Below are positions 18,231 to 27,701 of a stretch of 47,578 nt of DNA, in pieces. The position numbers were made by a program, and so were the translations under genes. Under the pieces are notes generated by a model. It was not told the DNA's origin. It did not search any database and saw only the letters and a list, made by a program, of their open reading frames with translations. Origin of the DNA: Candidatus Delongbacteria bacterium. GTDB lineage: Bacteria > UBA4055. The stretch lies in the NCBI GenBank assembly GCA_003477045.1, contig DMTS01000015.1, forward strand, positions 2,837 to 50,414. The letters run 5' to 3'. The stretch's first letter is position 1; every line of letters begins with the position of its first letter.

Positions 18231-18341
18231 TTTAACCGCCGGATAATTGTAATCTGCAAATTAATAACTTTTTTCAGTAATTCCAAATAATTTTATACTA
18301 ATTTTATTTAATAATTCTTATCTTACGAATTAAAATTGAGA

Positions 18342-18995
18342 ATGACTGCTATGATTGATAATTGCATAGACGATATTTTACAGATATACAGACAGATCAG
18401 ACCGGATATAGTTAAAAGGCTCCTGTCTTTCAAAAACGGATTTGCTAAAATGAACAGCGATGATGTTTTCGCTGAATTATCTTTCTGTACTCTGACTCCG
18501 CAGTCAAAAGCAAAGTCCTGCTGGAAATGCATTGAATTTCTTCGTGATAAAGACCTTCTGAAAAACGGTTCTACAGACGAGCTGCGGATGAGTATAAAAG
18601 GGGTCAGGTTCCATAACAATAAAAGCGCATATATTGTTCACAATCGGGAGCTTACAAGTAGAATTGATCTAAAAAAATTCATACTTCAAAACTCAAATAA
18701 TATACCGGAACTTAGGAAATGGTTTGTCGAGAATATAAAAGGCTACAGCTATAAAGAAGCGAGTCATTTTTTAAGGAATATCGGCATGGGTTCAGAGATC
18801 GCTATCCTGGACAGGCATATTTTAAAAAATCTTGTCATGTCGAATGTGATTAATGAAATACCCAAAACTATAAGCGAAAAAGTTTATCTTGATATTGAGA
18901 GTAAAATGATACAATTTTCAAAAGATATCAATATCCCTATGGATCATCTTGATATCCTGTTCTGGTATAAACAAACCGGCGAAATATTTAAATAA
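18342..18995 (+). CDS. ogg: N-glycosylase/DNA lyase (Ogg2-type 8-oxoguanine DNA glycosylase, HhH-GPD)
   Basis: ELSFCTLTPQSKA, GVRFHNNKSAYIV and KEASHFLRNIGMGSEIAILDRHILKNL match the Ogg2 family pattern. The start is uncertain (TTG 18336, ATG 18342 or ATG 18351). Confidence 0.7.
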   Translation: MTAMIDNCIDDILQIYRQIRPDIVKRLLSFKNGFAKMNSDDVFAELSFCTLTPQSKAKSCWKCIEFLRDKDLLKNGSTDELRMSIKGVRFHNNKSAYIVHNRELTSRIDLKKFILQNSNNIPELRKWFVENIKGYSYKEASHFLRNIGMGSEIAILDRHILKNLVMSNVINEIPKTISEKVYLDIESKMIQFSKDINIPMDHLDILFWYKQTGEIFK

Positions 18996-19008
18996 AACGG
19001 AGAAAACA

Positions 19009-19863
19009 ATGATCAAGGTTAACGGCTACGAAATATCGGAAAAAGAATTTGATATGGCATGTGCTGAAAAGAAATTCATTTTTAAAAAGAAGTTTCTTGA
19101 GAAAAATGAGATCGAAGAGACAGTTAATGTTCTGGTTGACGCTGCTCTAATGCTGGAAGTGGCAAAGAAGGAAAATATTGAAGTTGATCCTGTTGAGACA
19201 GAGAAAACTATTTCAAGAATGAAAAAAAGCTTTAAGAGCGAAGATGATTTCAGACAGGCACTTTCTAAAACCGGGGATACCGAGGAAACAATAAAAGAAA
19301 GAGTTGAAAGAAACCTTAAATTAAGAAATTTCGTGCGTAAGAAATTTTTTGATGATACACATGTTTCGGATGATGACATAAAAAAATATTACGAGCAGTA
19401 TCCGGAAAGGTTCAATAAGGGAGAAGAGGTCAGGGCATCGCATATTCTTTTCGGCGAAGCTGATAAAGACATTGCTCTTGAGATACATGAACTTCTGCTG
19501 AATGGAGAAGATTTTTCCGAACATGCTAAAACACACTCTCAATGCCCGAGCGGACAGAACGGTGGTGATCTCGGTTTCTTCGACAGAGGAAAAATGGTAC
19601 CTGAATTTGAACAGGCCGCATTTGAAATGGAAACCGGCGAGATATCTGACCTTGTGCAGACACAATTCGGTTATCATATAATAAAACTTACCGATAAGAG
19701 ATCAGGTGGTAAATTCGAGCTGGATGAGATAAAAGAACAACTCAGACAAAGCATGGAAAACTCGATAGTGAACCACAAGATCAAGAAATATACAGATAAA
19801 CTAAGAAAAGAAGCCGAGATCGTTATAGATACTGATAAGCTCAGCAAAAAATTCCCGGCATAA
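19009..19863 (+). CDS. Parvulin-type peptidyl-prolyl cis-trans isomerase (PpiC/PrsA/SurA-like)
   Basis: The rotamase core is ASHILF...CPSGQNGGDLGFFDRGKMVPEFEQAAFEMETGEISDLVQTQFGYHIIKL. I prefer ATG 19009 after GGAGAAAACA over the ORF-track start at 18949, which overlaps ogg. Confidence 0.8.
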   Translation: MIKVNGYEISEKEFDMACAEKKFIFKKKFLEKNEIEETVNVLVDAALMLEVAKKENIEVDPVETEKTISRMKKSFKSEDDFRQALSKTGDTEETIKERVERNLKLRNFVRKKFFDDTHVSDDDIKKYYEQYPERFNKGEEVRASHILFGEADKDIALEIHELLLNGEDFSEHAKTHSQCPSGQNGGDLGFFDRGKMVPEFEQAAFEMETGEISDLVQTQFGYHIIKLTDKRSGGKFELDEIKEQLRQSMENSIVNHKIKKYTDKLRKEAEIVIDTDKLSKKFPA

Positions 19864-19882
19864 AAAAAGGCATGGCATTAAA

Positions 19883-21898
19883 ATGAAAAAAGAAAAAAGG
19901 CATGAAAAAGCTTCAAAAAGACTCTATGAACCTCCTAAACCTAAAGATTACATCCGTAAGAATGAACGATCTTACACAGGGATAATAGAGATAAAAAAGA
20001 ACGGAAGCGGAAAAGTTACTTCAAACGAGATCGAAGGCACGGTTTTTATTCCAAGAATTTATGTAAATGATGCTTATGACGGCGATGAAGTTGAATTCGT
20101 GCTTATTCAGACCCCGAAATTCTGGGATATCGAAGGTAAGATCGTAAAAATACTCAAAAGAGACAAAACCGAGTATGTCGGAGAGATAAAATTGATTTCA
20201 GGCGCGATGCATGTTATTTGCGATAACGGGCTGAATGTAAGACTTAACAAGAAAAAGGTCGAAAAGAAATGGGAGGAACTCAAAGAAGGAACTGTGGTCG
20301 TTATTGATATTGATGATTGGAGAGATCAGGCGACGGCTCATATAATTGAAGTTCTCGGTAATAAGGAAGACCCGCATGTTTCATTAATGAAGATTGCCCG
20401 AAAGTACGGTTTTGTCGAAGAATTCTCAAAACAGATACAGGACAGCCTTGAACAATATACCCAAGATTTTGTGACTCATCTAATACCTGACAGAACTGAT
20501 ATCAGGCATGAAAATATATTTACAATTGACCCTGCCGATGCAAAGGATTTTGACGATGCGATATCGATAAATAAACTTCCTGACGGAACATTCGATCTCG
20601 GGGTTCATATTGCTGATGTCTCGGCTTATATTCCCGAAGGCGGAATTCTTGATCAGGAAGCCGCTGCAAGGGGAACCTCGTTATATCTCCCCTCTTCGGT
20701 TATCCCCATGCTTCCGAGAAAACTCTCCAATTATCTCTGCAGCTTGAACCCGGATGTTGAAAGACTTTCGTTTTCATGCTTTATGAGGATCAATAAAGAA
20801 GGTGAAATTACAAATTATCATTTTAAAGAAACCGTTATGAAATCGGCTTTCAGATTCAATTATCAGGAATTCCAGCAGCTTCTCGATAATGCTCTAGCAG
20901 GAAGGGAGACGGATGCTGTGTATAAAGATTTCAGACAGCTAGCCTTATGGTCTAAGGAACTTAAGGACATACTCAAATCCAAAAGGATCAGAGAAGGCGG
21001 AATTGAATTCGATCTGCCGGAGATAAAGGTTGTTATTGATGAGGAAGGCAGGACGATCGATATACACAGATACCAGCTCTACGAATCTAACAGCATAATT
21101 GAAGATTTTATGCTCGCGGCTAATAAATGCGCGGCCCACTTTCTTCACTCGAAGGAAGACAGGCTTCCCGGAGTTTACAGGATCCATGAAAAACCGTCGC
21201 TTGAAAAAATAAACGATTTTTTTGAAGATATGGCGGCCAGCGGAATCAAATTCAAGATCCCCGATGATCCTACGAATCATTTCTATATGCAGGATCTTTT
21301 GAAGATCATTAAGGAGTCCCCGAACGGCGATTATTTGGCGAATAATTTTCTTAGAGCCATGATGAAGGCTAAATATTCTACTGACAACATCGGCCATTAC
21401 GGCCTTGCATTCGAGCTTTACACGCATTTCACTTCGCCGATAAGAAGGTATCCCGATCTTATGGTGCACAGGCTGATAAAAAAACATCTTAAGCGTCTTT
21501 CGATCAATAAATCACGCGACAATAAAAAATTCGTTCAGAGTCTCTGCATGCTGGCTTCAGAACGCGAGATCAAAGCTATTAAAGCCGAATATGAAGCACG
21601 CGACCTGAAAATAGTTGAATTCATGGTCGATAAGATCGGTAAAAAATTCGAAGCGGTAATCGTTACGATCATGCCTTACGGGGTTTATGTCAGAATGAAG
21701 GAGTGGCCGGTTGAGGGTCTTGTAAGGGCGAGAGACCAGCATAAAGACAGTTTCGAATATGACGACAAAAGAAGGCTGTTCAAAGGCCGCAGATCAGGCG
21801 AAGAACTGTCTGTCGGGAAAGAAGTCATAGTTCTGCTTAAAGGTGTAAGCCGCGAGCTTTTGACAATAGATTTCGATCTGGTTAAAAGCACTGTGTAA
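19883..21898 (+). CDS. rnr: Ribonuclease R (RNB-family 3'-5' exoribonuclease)
   Basis: RNB motifs DPADAKDFDDAISI and HYGLAFELYTHFTSPIRRYPDLMVHR are present, with a C-terminal S1-like segment (GKKFEAVIVTIMPYGVYVRM). Confidence 0.9.
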   Translation: MKKEKRHEKASKRLYEPPKPKDYIRKNERSYTGIIEIKKNGSGKVTSNEIEGTVFIPRIYVNDAYDGDEVEFVLIQTPKFWDIEGKIVKILKRDKTEYVGEIKLISGAMHVICDNGLNVRLNKKKVEKKWEELKEGTVVVIDIDDWRDQATAHIIEVLGNKEDPHVSLMKIARKYGFVEEFSKQIQDSLEQYTQDFVTHLIPDRTDIRHENIFTIDPADAKDFDDAISINKLPDGTFDLGVHIADVSAYIPEGGILDQEAAARGTSLYLPSSVIPMLPRKLSNYLCSLNPDVERLSFSCFMRINKEGEITNYHFKETVMKSAFRFNYQEFQQLLDNALAGRETDAVYKDFRQLALWSKELKDILKSKRIREGGIEFDLPEIKVVIDEEGRTIDIHRYQLYESNSIIEDFMLAANKCAAHFLHSKEDRLPGVYRIHEKPSLEKINDFFEDMAASGIKFKIPDDPTNHFYMQDLLKIIKESPNGDYLANNFLRAMMKAKYSTDNIGHYGLAFELYTHFTSPIRRYPDLMVHRLIKKHLKRLSINKSRDNKKFVQSLCMLASEREIKAIKAEYEARDLKIVEFMVDKIGKKFEAVIVTIMPYGVYVRMKEWPVEGLVRARDQHKDSFEYDDKRRLFKGRRSGEELSVGKEVIVLLKGVSRELLTIDFDLVKSTV

Positions 21899-21916
21899 AA
21901 TATATTTCTGATCGAA

Positions 21917-21949
21917 AATAAAAATGCCCTGAATTCAGGACATTTTTTT
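21917..21949. terminator. Bidirectional terminator between the convergent rnr and aminotransferase genes
   Basis: In AAAAATGCCCTGAATTCAGGACATTTTTTT, an imperfect palindromic stem is flanked by an A-run on one side and a T-run on the other. Confidence 0.6.
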
Positions 21950-21964
21950 ATTCTAATATTTTTC

Positions 21965-23194
21965 TTATTTTTGATCCTTAATGCATTTTGCGAGTCTTTT
22001 GACAGCCTCGACAAGCTGATCCTTTGATGAAAATGAAAAATTCAGCCTCATGTGGTTCTTCGACGGTTTTTCACCGTAGAACTGCCAGCCGGGCACAAAA
22101 GCTACCTTATATTTCAATGCCTCGTAGAACAGTTTTTCCGTATCTATCTTTTCCGGAACTGTTACCCACAAAAATAGTCCGCCTTCCGGTTTTGTCCATG
22201 TAACGCCTGATTCAGGCGGAAAATATTTCTCCATCGTCTTCAGGAACAGGTTGAGCTTTTCCCTGTAATAATTCCTGCAGTCGTCGAAATGCTTATCAAG
22301 ATCCATTTCAGTCAGATAAGACGCACAAATATCCTGATTATATTTCGGAGTGTTAAGAACATTGCCTTCCTTAATATTGCACATCTTCTTTATAACTTCG
22401 GCCGGTCCTATATTAAAGCCTACCCTCATTCCCGGACAGAATATTTTTGAGAAAGTATAAAGCCCGATTACATTCGTGCCTTTTCTCTTCTGATCGAGTG
22501 AAAAAATTGAAGGCATCATTTTTCCGTAATACCTCAGATCTTTATATGGACTGTCCTCTATGATAGGCACATCATAATCATAGCTAAGATCAAGAAGCTC
22601 TTCCCTCTTTTTCATGCTCATTGAAATGCCTGTCGGATTCTGGAAATCAGGAACGACATAAATGAATTTAGGCATCTTACCGCCTTTCTTCTTTATAGCT
22701 TCCAGCTTTTTGCGGAATCCTTTTACATTTGAACCGTCAGGTTCTATATCAACCCCGATATATTTAGGTCTGTTCAGATCGAACGCCACGATAGCTCCCG
22801 CGAAGGTCGGCCTGTCGAGCATAACCGTATCGCCCGGATTTAAAAATAATCTGCCTGCGAGGTCGAGTCCGTGCTGGCCTGAAGTGGTTATGAGAACATT
22901 CTCTTCCGAAACCTTTATCTTATCACGCTTAAGATATTGAATAACCGCGTCAAAAAGAGATTTTTCGCCGGGAATGGAGGAATACTGCATAACTTTGTCA
23001 ATGCTGCTTCCCGCTAAACTTTTTTCAGTAGCTATTCTGACTTCGCTTTTCTGAAAAACATCTGGCGAAGGCAGACCGCCGGCTAATGATATTATATCCG
23101 GATTGCCGGCTAAGAGCTTCAGCGTCTTCCCTATCGGATAGCCTTCATAATTCACTGCGTTCTCTGAGAACCGTTCTTTCCAATTCTTTATCAT
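21965..23194 (-). CDS. PLP-dependent aminotransferase, class I/II (LysN/ARO8-like)
   Basis: ISLAGGLPSP near the N-terminus and the PLP-lysine motif YTFSKIFCPGMRVGF are present. The protein is 409 aa. Confidence 0.8.
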   Translation of the reverse strand: MIKNWKERFSENAVNYEGYPIGKTLKLLAGNPDIISLAGGLPSPDVFQKSEVRIATEKSLAGSSIDKVMQYSSIPGEKSLFDAVIQYLKRDKIKVSEENVLITTSGQHGLDLAGRLFLNPGDTVMLDRPTFAGAIVAFDLNRPKYIGVDIEPDGSNVKGFRKKLEAIKKKGGKMPKFIYVVPDFQNPTGISMSMKKREELLDLSYDYDVPIIEDSPYKDLRYYGKMMPSIFSLDQKRKGTNVIGLYTFSKIFCPGMRVGFNIGPAEVIKKMCNIKEGNVLNTPKYNQDICASYLTEMDLDKHFDDCRNYYREKLNLFLKTMEKYFPPESGVTWTKPEGGLFLWVTVPEKIDTEKLFYEALKYKVAFVPGWQFYGEKPSKNHMRLNFSFSSKDQLVEAVKRLAKCIKDQK

Positions 23195-23264
23195 ATCAAC
23201 CTCTTATATTGAAGTAATTACCTCTATGCAAACTGTCGGGGCTGTTCAGAAGTTTATCAGCAGC

Positions 23265-24506
23265 CTATAAAGAGCCTTTGCCGAATTGTGTTTTGATCCC
23301 CTTCTTCATAAAGTCCATACCGTCTGTCGTAGCCTTGAGTGATTTATAGTATATCACATCACCGATCTTTTCAGCCAGTTTTTTTCTTTCGTCATCGGAA
23401 ACGAAGTATGCCGCCATTGTGTCAAGCTCTCTTGCAGTGCCGTCACTTTCGTATTTATAAGTAATGTCCGTTCCGCTCTCAAGAACTTTGTAAGCCTTAT
23501 CTGTCCAGTTAAAACCTGCCATGCCGAGATCCGGATTGATCCTCATGTGTGCTGCGAGACTGATACCTTTAATGCCGCTTTTCTTAAGCTCTTTTGCGCA
23601 GGTTATGAAAGTGTCCGGGTCTGCTCCGTTGCCGATGTTGATCTCATATATCGGAGTCGTTCCGTCTTTTCTGATATATTCATTAATGATGTTTAAAAGC
23701 ATTCTGAACTGCATTGTAGTCTGAGTTGACAGCAGCATCGAAACTTTGAAAGTCAGATTAGGAATGTCTTTGGCATAATAACATGCCGCGATTATCGTGC
23801 TCCAGCTCGGATTAAGATAGAAATCACCGCCGGTCTCTTTAGCATACCTTGTCACTCCGTCAAGATATACAAGGTAATTGCTGTTAGCTACTTCTATACC
23901 GCCGAAGTTTCCGAAGAATGTTCCCTGATTCTTTAGAATTAAAGCTGAGTTTTCTTTGTCTATTTTGTTCCTTTCAAATTTTTCGCCCGTCACTTTTTCA
24001 AGTTCTTTGAATCTTTTTTCAGGTTGAGGAATTCCGATAAGATTAGTGCTGCAGTATTTTTGCGCACCCATGATATTTTCAGTCATGCAGAGAGTTGCAA
24101 GGAGATCGCCTGAATACACATAATGGTCGGTCATGGGAACGACTGCAATCATTTCGGCAGGCACAAATACGGGATGGGTTTTCGCCGTTTTTACGACCTT
24201 TTTCATGAAGTTGTAAGTTACATACGCACCCTGAAACCCTGAAACCTGGCTTCTCGCTATTCCAAGTTTATTGCTGTACTTAACCTTATTTGCTTTTTCG
24301 AAATCGGCAACTTTAGGGAACTTCTTGATCAGCTTTTCCGCATCTGCCACCATTTCTTCAAAACCTGTTCCTTTAAGTGCTTTTTTACGGTTCTCGAACT
24401 TTTTCATAAACGCTATCGTGTCGTTTATTTTCTTAGCTCCGCCGTGAAATTTCTTCAGCGCGTCCATCGCTTTCATGTCTCTTTCAGATAAAAGTTGATA
24501 CTTCAT
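23265..24506 (-). CDS. Conserved-looking hypothetical protein of unrecognised family (413 aa), upstream of the aminotransferase
   Basis: Long clean ORF with a strong SD (GGGAGAGG upstream of the ATG on the minus strand). It has no signal peptide or TM segments, and I found no diagnostic motif. Confidence 0.6.
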   Translation of the reverse strand: MKYQLLSERDMKAMDALKKFHGGAKKINDTIAFMKKFENRKKALKGTGFEEMVADAEKLIKKFPKVADFEKANKVKYSNKLGIARSQVSGFQGAYVTYNFMKKVVKTAKTHPVFVPAEMIAVVPMTDHYVYSGDLLATLCMTENIMGAQKYCSTNLIGIPQPEKRFKELEKVTGEKFERNKIDKENSALILKNQGTFFGNFGGIEVANSNYLVYLDGVTRYAKETGGDFYLNPSWSTIIAACYYAKDIPNLTFKVSMLLSTQTTMQFRMLLNIINEYIRKDGTTPIYEINIGNGADPDTFITCAKELKKSGIKGISLAAHMRINPDLGMAGFNWTDKAYKVLESGTDITYKYESDGTARELDTMAAYFVSDDERKKLAEKIGDVIYYKSLKATTDGMDFMKKGIKTQFGKGSL

Positions 24507-24697
24507 TTTTCCTCTCCCGATTTTTTATTATTTCAAATGAATTTATGCATTTATATGTGATTTTGTTACCCGGACAAATGATATTAAAAAGATTTGTCAT
24601 AAATATCAAGATTAATATTTCAAAAAAATAATGTGGCAAAAACATTTTATAATTCATAATTTACAAAAGCCTGAACATTAAATCATAAGGGGAAAAA

Positions 24698-26062
24698 ATG
24701 TCCAAACAAATAACCTATTACTCTACTAACCTTAAAGCTGAACCGGTTACTTTCAAAGAAGCGCTTTTAAAAGGGATCGCACCCGACAAAGGTCTGTACA
24801 TGCCCGATCAGATACCTCAATTCACACCTGACGAAATTGACAGGTTTTCCGGAATGCCTTATTGGGAAATAGCCTATAAAGTTATCCATAAATTTATAAA
24901 AGGCGACATTCACGCAAAAGATCTTAAAGCTCTATGTAAAGACGCTTACGATTTCGATGTCCCGCTTGAAAACGCTTATGACAGAAAATATGTTATGAGG
25001 CTGGATCAGGGTCCCACTGCTTCCTTCAAGGATTTTGCAGCGAGGATGATGGGCAGGCTGATGAATTATTACCTGACAAGAGATAAAAGAAATCTTCTGA
25101 TACTTACCGCAACATCAGGCGATACCGGAAGCGCAATAGCCAGCGCATATTACGGATTGAAAAATGTTAAAGCTGTGGTTCTTTTCCCGGAAAAAGAAGT
25201 GACGAGCAGACAGAGAAAACAGATGACTACCCTTGGTAAAAACATTCAGATTTTATCCCTGGACGGAAAATTTGACGACTGTCAGGCGCTTGTAAAACAG
25301 GCTTTTGCCGATAAAGATCTGGATCATTTAAACCTTTCTTCCGCGAATTCAATAAATATCGGAAGACTTATACCTCAGACCGTCTATTATTTTTACTCAT
25401 ATTCAAGACTGAAAAACTCAATCGGCGAAAAAGCCGTTTTCTCTGTTCCTTCAGGCAATTTCGGCGATATGATGGGCGGAGTGATCGCCATGAAAATGGG
25501 ACTTCCCGTAAAAAAATTCGTCATAGCTACGAACAGTAATGATGAATTCCCTAAATATCTCGAGACTGGAAAATACGATATTATCGTTCCTTCAAAAAAC
25601 TGCATTTCAAGCGCTATGAATGTAGGGCATCCCAGCAATATGTCAAGACTCGTAGCTTTATATGGGGGTGTAATGACCGAAAAAGGCGAAGTTAAAAAGA
25701 AGCCCGATATGAAGCTGATGAAAAAAGAAATATGGTCGGCAAGTGTCGATGATAAAAATACCAAATCGATGATAAAAGATGCCTGGAAAAAACACGAACT
25801 CCTTCTCGAACCTCACGGATCAGTAGGCTGGTCCGGACTGATGGAATATATAAAAGCCCATGGAGATGATAAAGAACAGCTTTATATCTCTCTTGAAACA
25901 GCTCATCCTGCTAAATTTCCCGAACAGATAATAAAGCTTCTCGGCTTTGACCCCGAACTGCCTAAAAGTCTTGAAGGAATTGAGAAAAGGAAAGAGAAAT
26001 ATGATACTATCGGACTCGAGTACAAACACTTTAAGAAATATCTTCTGAAAAATTATAAATAG
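24698..26062 (+). CDS. thrC: Threonine synthase
   Basis: The PLP-lysine motif GPTASFKDFAARMMG and ATSGDTGSA are present. The 454-aa length is typical of long-form ThrC. Confidence 0.9.
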   Translation: MSKQITYYSTNLKAEPVTFKEALLKGIAPDKGLYMPDQIPQFTPDEIDRFSGMPYWEIAYKVIHKFIKGDIHAKDLKALCKDAYDFDVPLENAYDRKYVMRLDQGPTASFKDFAARMMGRLMNYYLTRDKRNLLILTATSGDTGSAIASAYYGLKNVKAVVLFPEKEVTSRQRKQMTTLGKNIQILSLDGKFDDCQALVKQAFADKDLDHLNLSSANSINIGRLIPQTVYYFYSYSRLKNSIGEKAVFSVPSGNFGDMMGGVIAMKMGLPVKKFVIATNSNDEFPKYLETGKYDIIVPSKNCISSAMNVGHPSNMSRLVALYGGVMTEKGEVKKKPDMKLMKKEIWSASVDDKNTKSMIKDAWKKHELLLEPHGSVGWSGLMEYIKAHGDDKEQLYISLETAHPAKFPEQIIKLLGFDPELPKSLEGIEKRKEKYDTIGLEYKHFKKYLLKNYK

Positions 26063-26078
26063 AACGGCAGGAAAATAT

Positions 26079-27290
26079 ATGAAATACATTATCATATTAG
26101 GCGACGGAATGAGCGATTATCCGATCGATAAACTTGGAGGGAAAACTCCGCTGATGGCAGCTGATATTCCCAACATTGACAAGCTCGCGAAAATGGGCAG
26201 GTGCGGACTGTTCAAAACCGTACCCGATGAACTTCCTCCGGGAAGCGAAGTTGCCAATATGGCCGTTCTCGGTTATGATGTCAGAAAGCTTTATCAGGGA
26301 CGCGGAGTTCTTGAAGCGGCAAGCATGGGCGTAATATTAAATTCAGACGACCTTGCCATGAGATGCAATCTTATCTGCATTAAGGACGGAAAAATTAAGA
26401 ATCATTCGGCCGGACATATTCCTTCTGAAGAAGCACATAAGCTGATAGAGGCACTAAATAACGAGTTTGCCGACGATAAAATGAAATTTCACAAAGGTGT
26501 CAGCTACAGACATCTGTTCGTTTTGAAAAACGGTAGAAAAGAGATTCAGCTTACGCCTCCGCATGATGTTCCGGGTACTCCGTTCGCTGATGTCATGCCC
26601 CGCGCTTATTTACCTGAAGCTGAAAGCACAAGCGCAATTCTGACTGATCTTATATTAAGGTCGCAGAAAGTTCTTTCTGAGCATCCTGTGAACCTGAAAA
26701 GAATTGCCGAAGGAAAAGATCCTGCGAATTCGATCTGGTTCTGGTCAGCCGGCTATAAGCCCGAAATGAAAACGCTTCAGGAATCGTACGGAAAGACAGG
26801 CGCGGTTATATCAGCCGTTGACCTTCTTTACGGAATAGGAGTTTACGCCGGAATGGATGTAATCCATGTTGAAGGAGCGACCGGGCTATATACAACGAAT
26901 TATGAAGGCAAAGCTAAGGCTGCCGTGGAAGCTCTGAAAACACACGATCTCGTTTACCTTCACATTGAAGCCACGGATGAAGCCGGACATGAGGGCAATG
27001 TCGATCTAAAGATGAAATCACTTGAATATCTTGATAAACGGGCTGTTAAATATATTATGGAAGAAACAGCTAAATTCGATGAGCCTGTTGCTATTGCAAT
27101 AACTCCCGACCATGCAACTCCATGCAGCGTAAGAACTCACACGCACGATCCGGTGCCGTTCATAATATACAGACCGGGCGAAGAACCTGATTCCGTTAAC
27201 GAGTATAATGAGATCTCGGTTAAAAATGGATACTACGGTCTGATCAGCGACGATCAGTTTATTAAAGCTTTATTCGGTATAAAATATTAG
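26079..27290 (+). CDS. ApgM-like cofactor-independent phosphoglycerate mutase family protein; proposed non-orthologous homoserine kinase
   Basis: MKYIIILGDGMSDYPIDKLGGKTPLMAADIPNIDKLAKMG...PPGSEVANMAVLGYD and ...EATDEAGHEG...TPDHATP are metalloenzyme (alkaline phosphatase superfamily) motifs. The gene lies 16 nt after thrC. Confidence 0.75.
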   Translation: MKYIIILGDGMSDYPIDKLGGKTPLMAADIPNIDKLAKMGRCGLFKTVPDELPPGSEVANMAVLGYDVRKLYQGRGVLEAASMGVILNSDDLAMRCNLICIKDGKIKNHSAGHIPSEEAHKLIEALNNEFADDKMKFHKGVSYRHLFVLKNGRKEIQLTPPHDVPGTPFADVMPRAYLPEAESTSAILTDLILRSQKVLSEHPVNLKRIAEGKDPANSIWFWSAGYKPEMKTLQESYGKTGAVISAVDLLYGIGVYAGMDVIHVEGATGLYTTNYEGKAKAAVEALKTHDLVYLHIEATDEAGHEGNVDLKMKSLEYLDKRAVKYIMEETAKFDEPVAIAITPDHATPCSVRTHTHDPVPFIIYRPGEEPDSVNEYNEISVKNGYYGLISDDQFIKALFGIKY

Positions 27291-27291
27291 C

Positions 27292-27522
27292 TTATTCTTC
27301 AAGATACATCTTGCCTTTAGTAGTTATATCGGCGAGCATTTTGCCGTCTTCGCTGCCTCTCAGGTCTATAAGACCTTTCCTTTCCAAAGCGTATTCGATC
27401 GGTTTAGAAAATTCTTTTGCTTCTTTCGGCCCCAGCGAGTTCATCAGTGCGGCATATATTGTTGAAGAGCCGTTCCTTTTAAGATAGTTTAGTACAGTTT
27501 CCATTAATTGTTTTTCATGCAT
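27292..27522 (-). CDS. Small hypothetical protein, possibly a winged-helix DNA binder
   Basis: A 76-aa ORF whose stop codon lies one nt from the stop of the convergent apgM-like gene. The helix-rich pattern VLNYLKRNGSSTIYAALMNSLG...ALERKGLI suggests wHTH, but this is weak. Confidence 0.45.
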   Translation of the reverse strand: MHEKQLMETVLNYLKRNGSSTIYAALMNSLGPKEAKEFSKPIEYALERKGLIDLRGSEDGKMLADITTKGKMYLEE

Positions 27523-27701
27523 CTTTTCCTCCTCGGTAAAGCAGAATATAATATAAATACTAAGTAGCGAAGAATCAATTAAAATATTCAGATTTTGAAT
27601 TATTCTTAGTCAGTTTGCTATTGAAATATCGCTTGTGATTAGTTATATTGAATATTCTGAATATGTTTATCTTATAAGCATTAAATTAAAGGATCGTTTT
27701 C

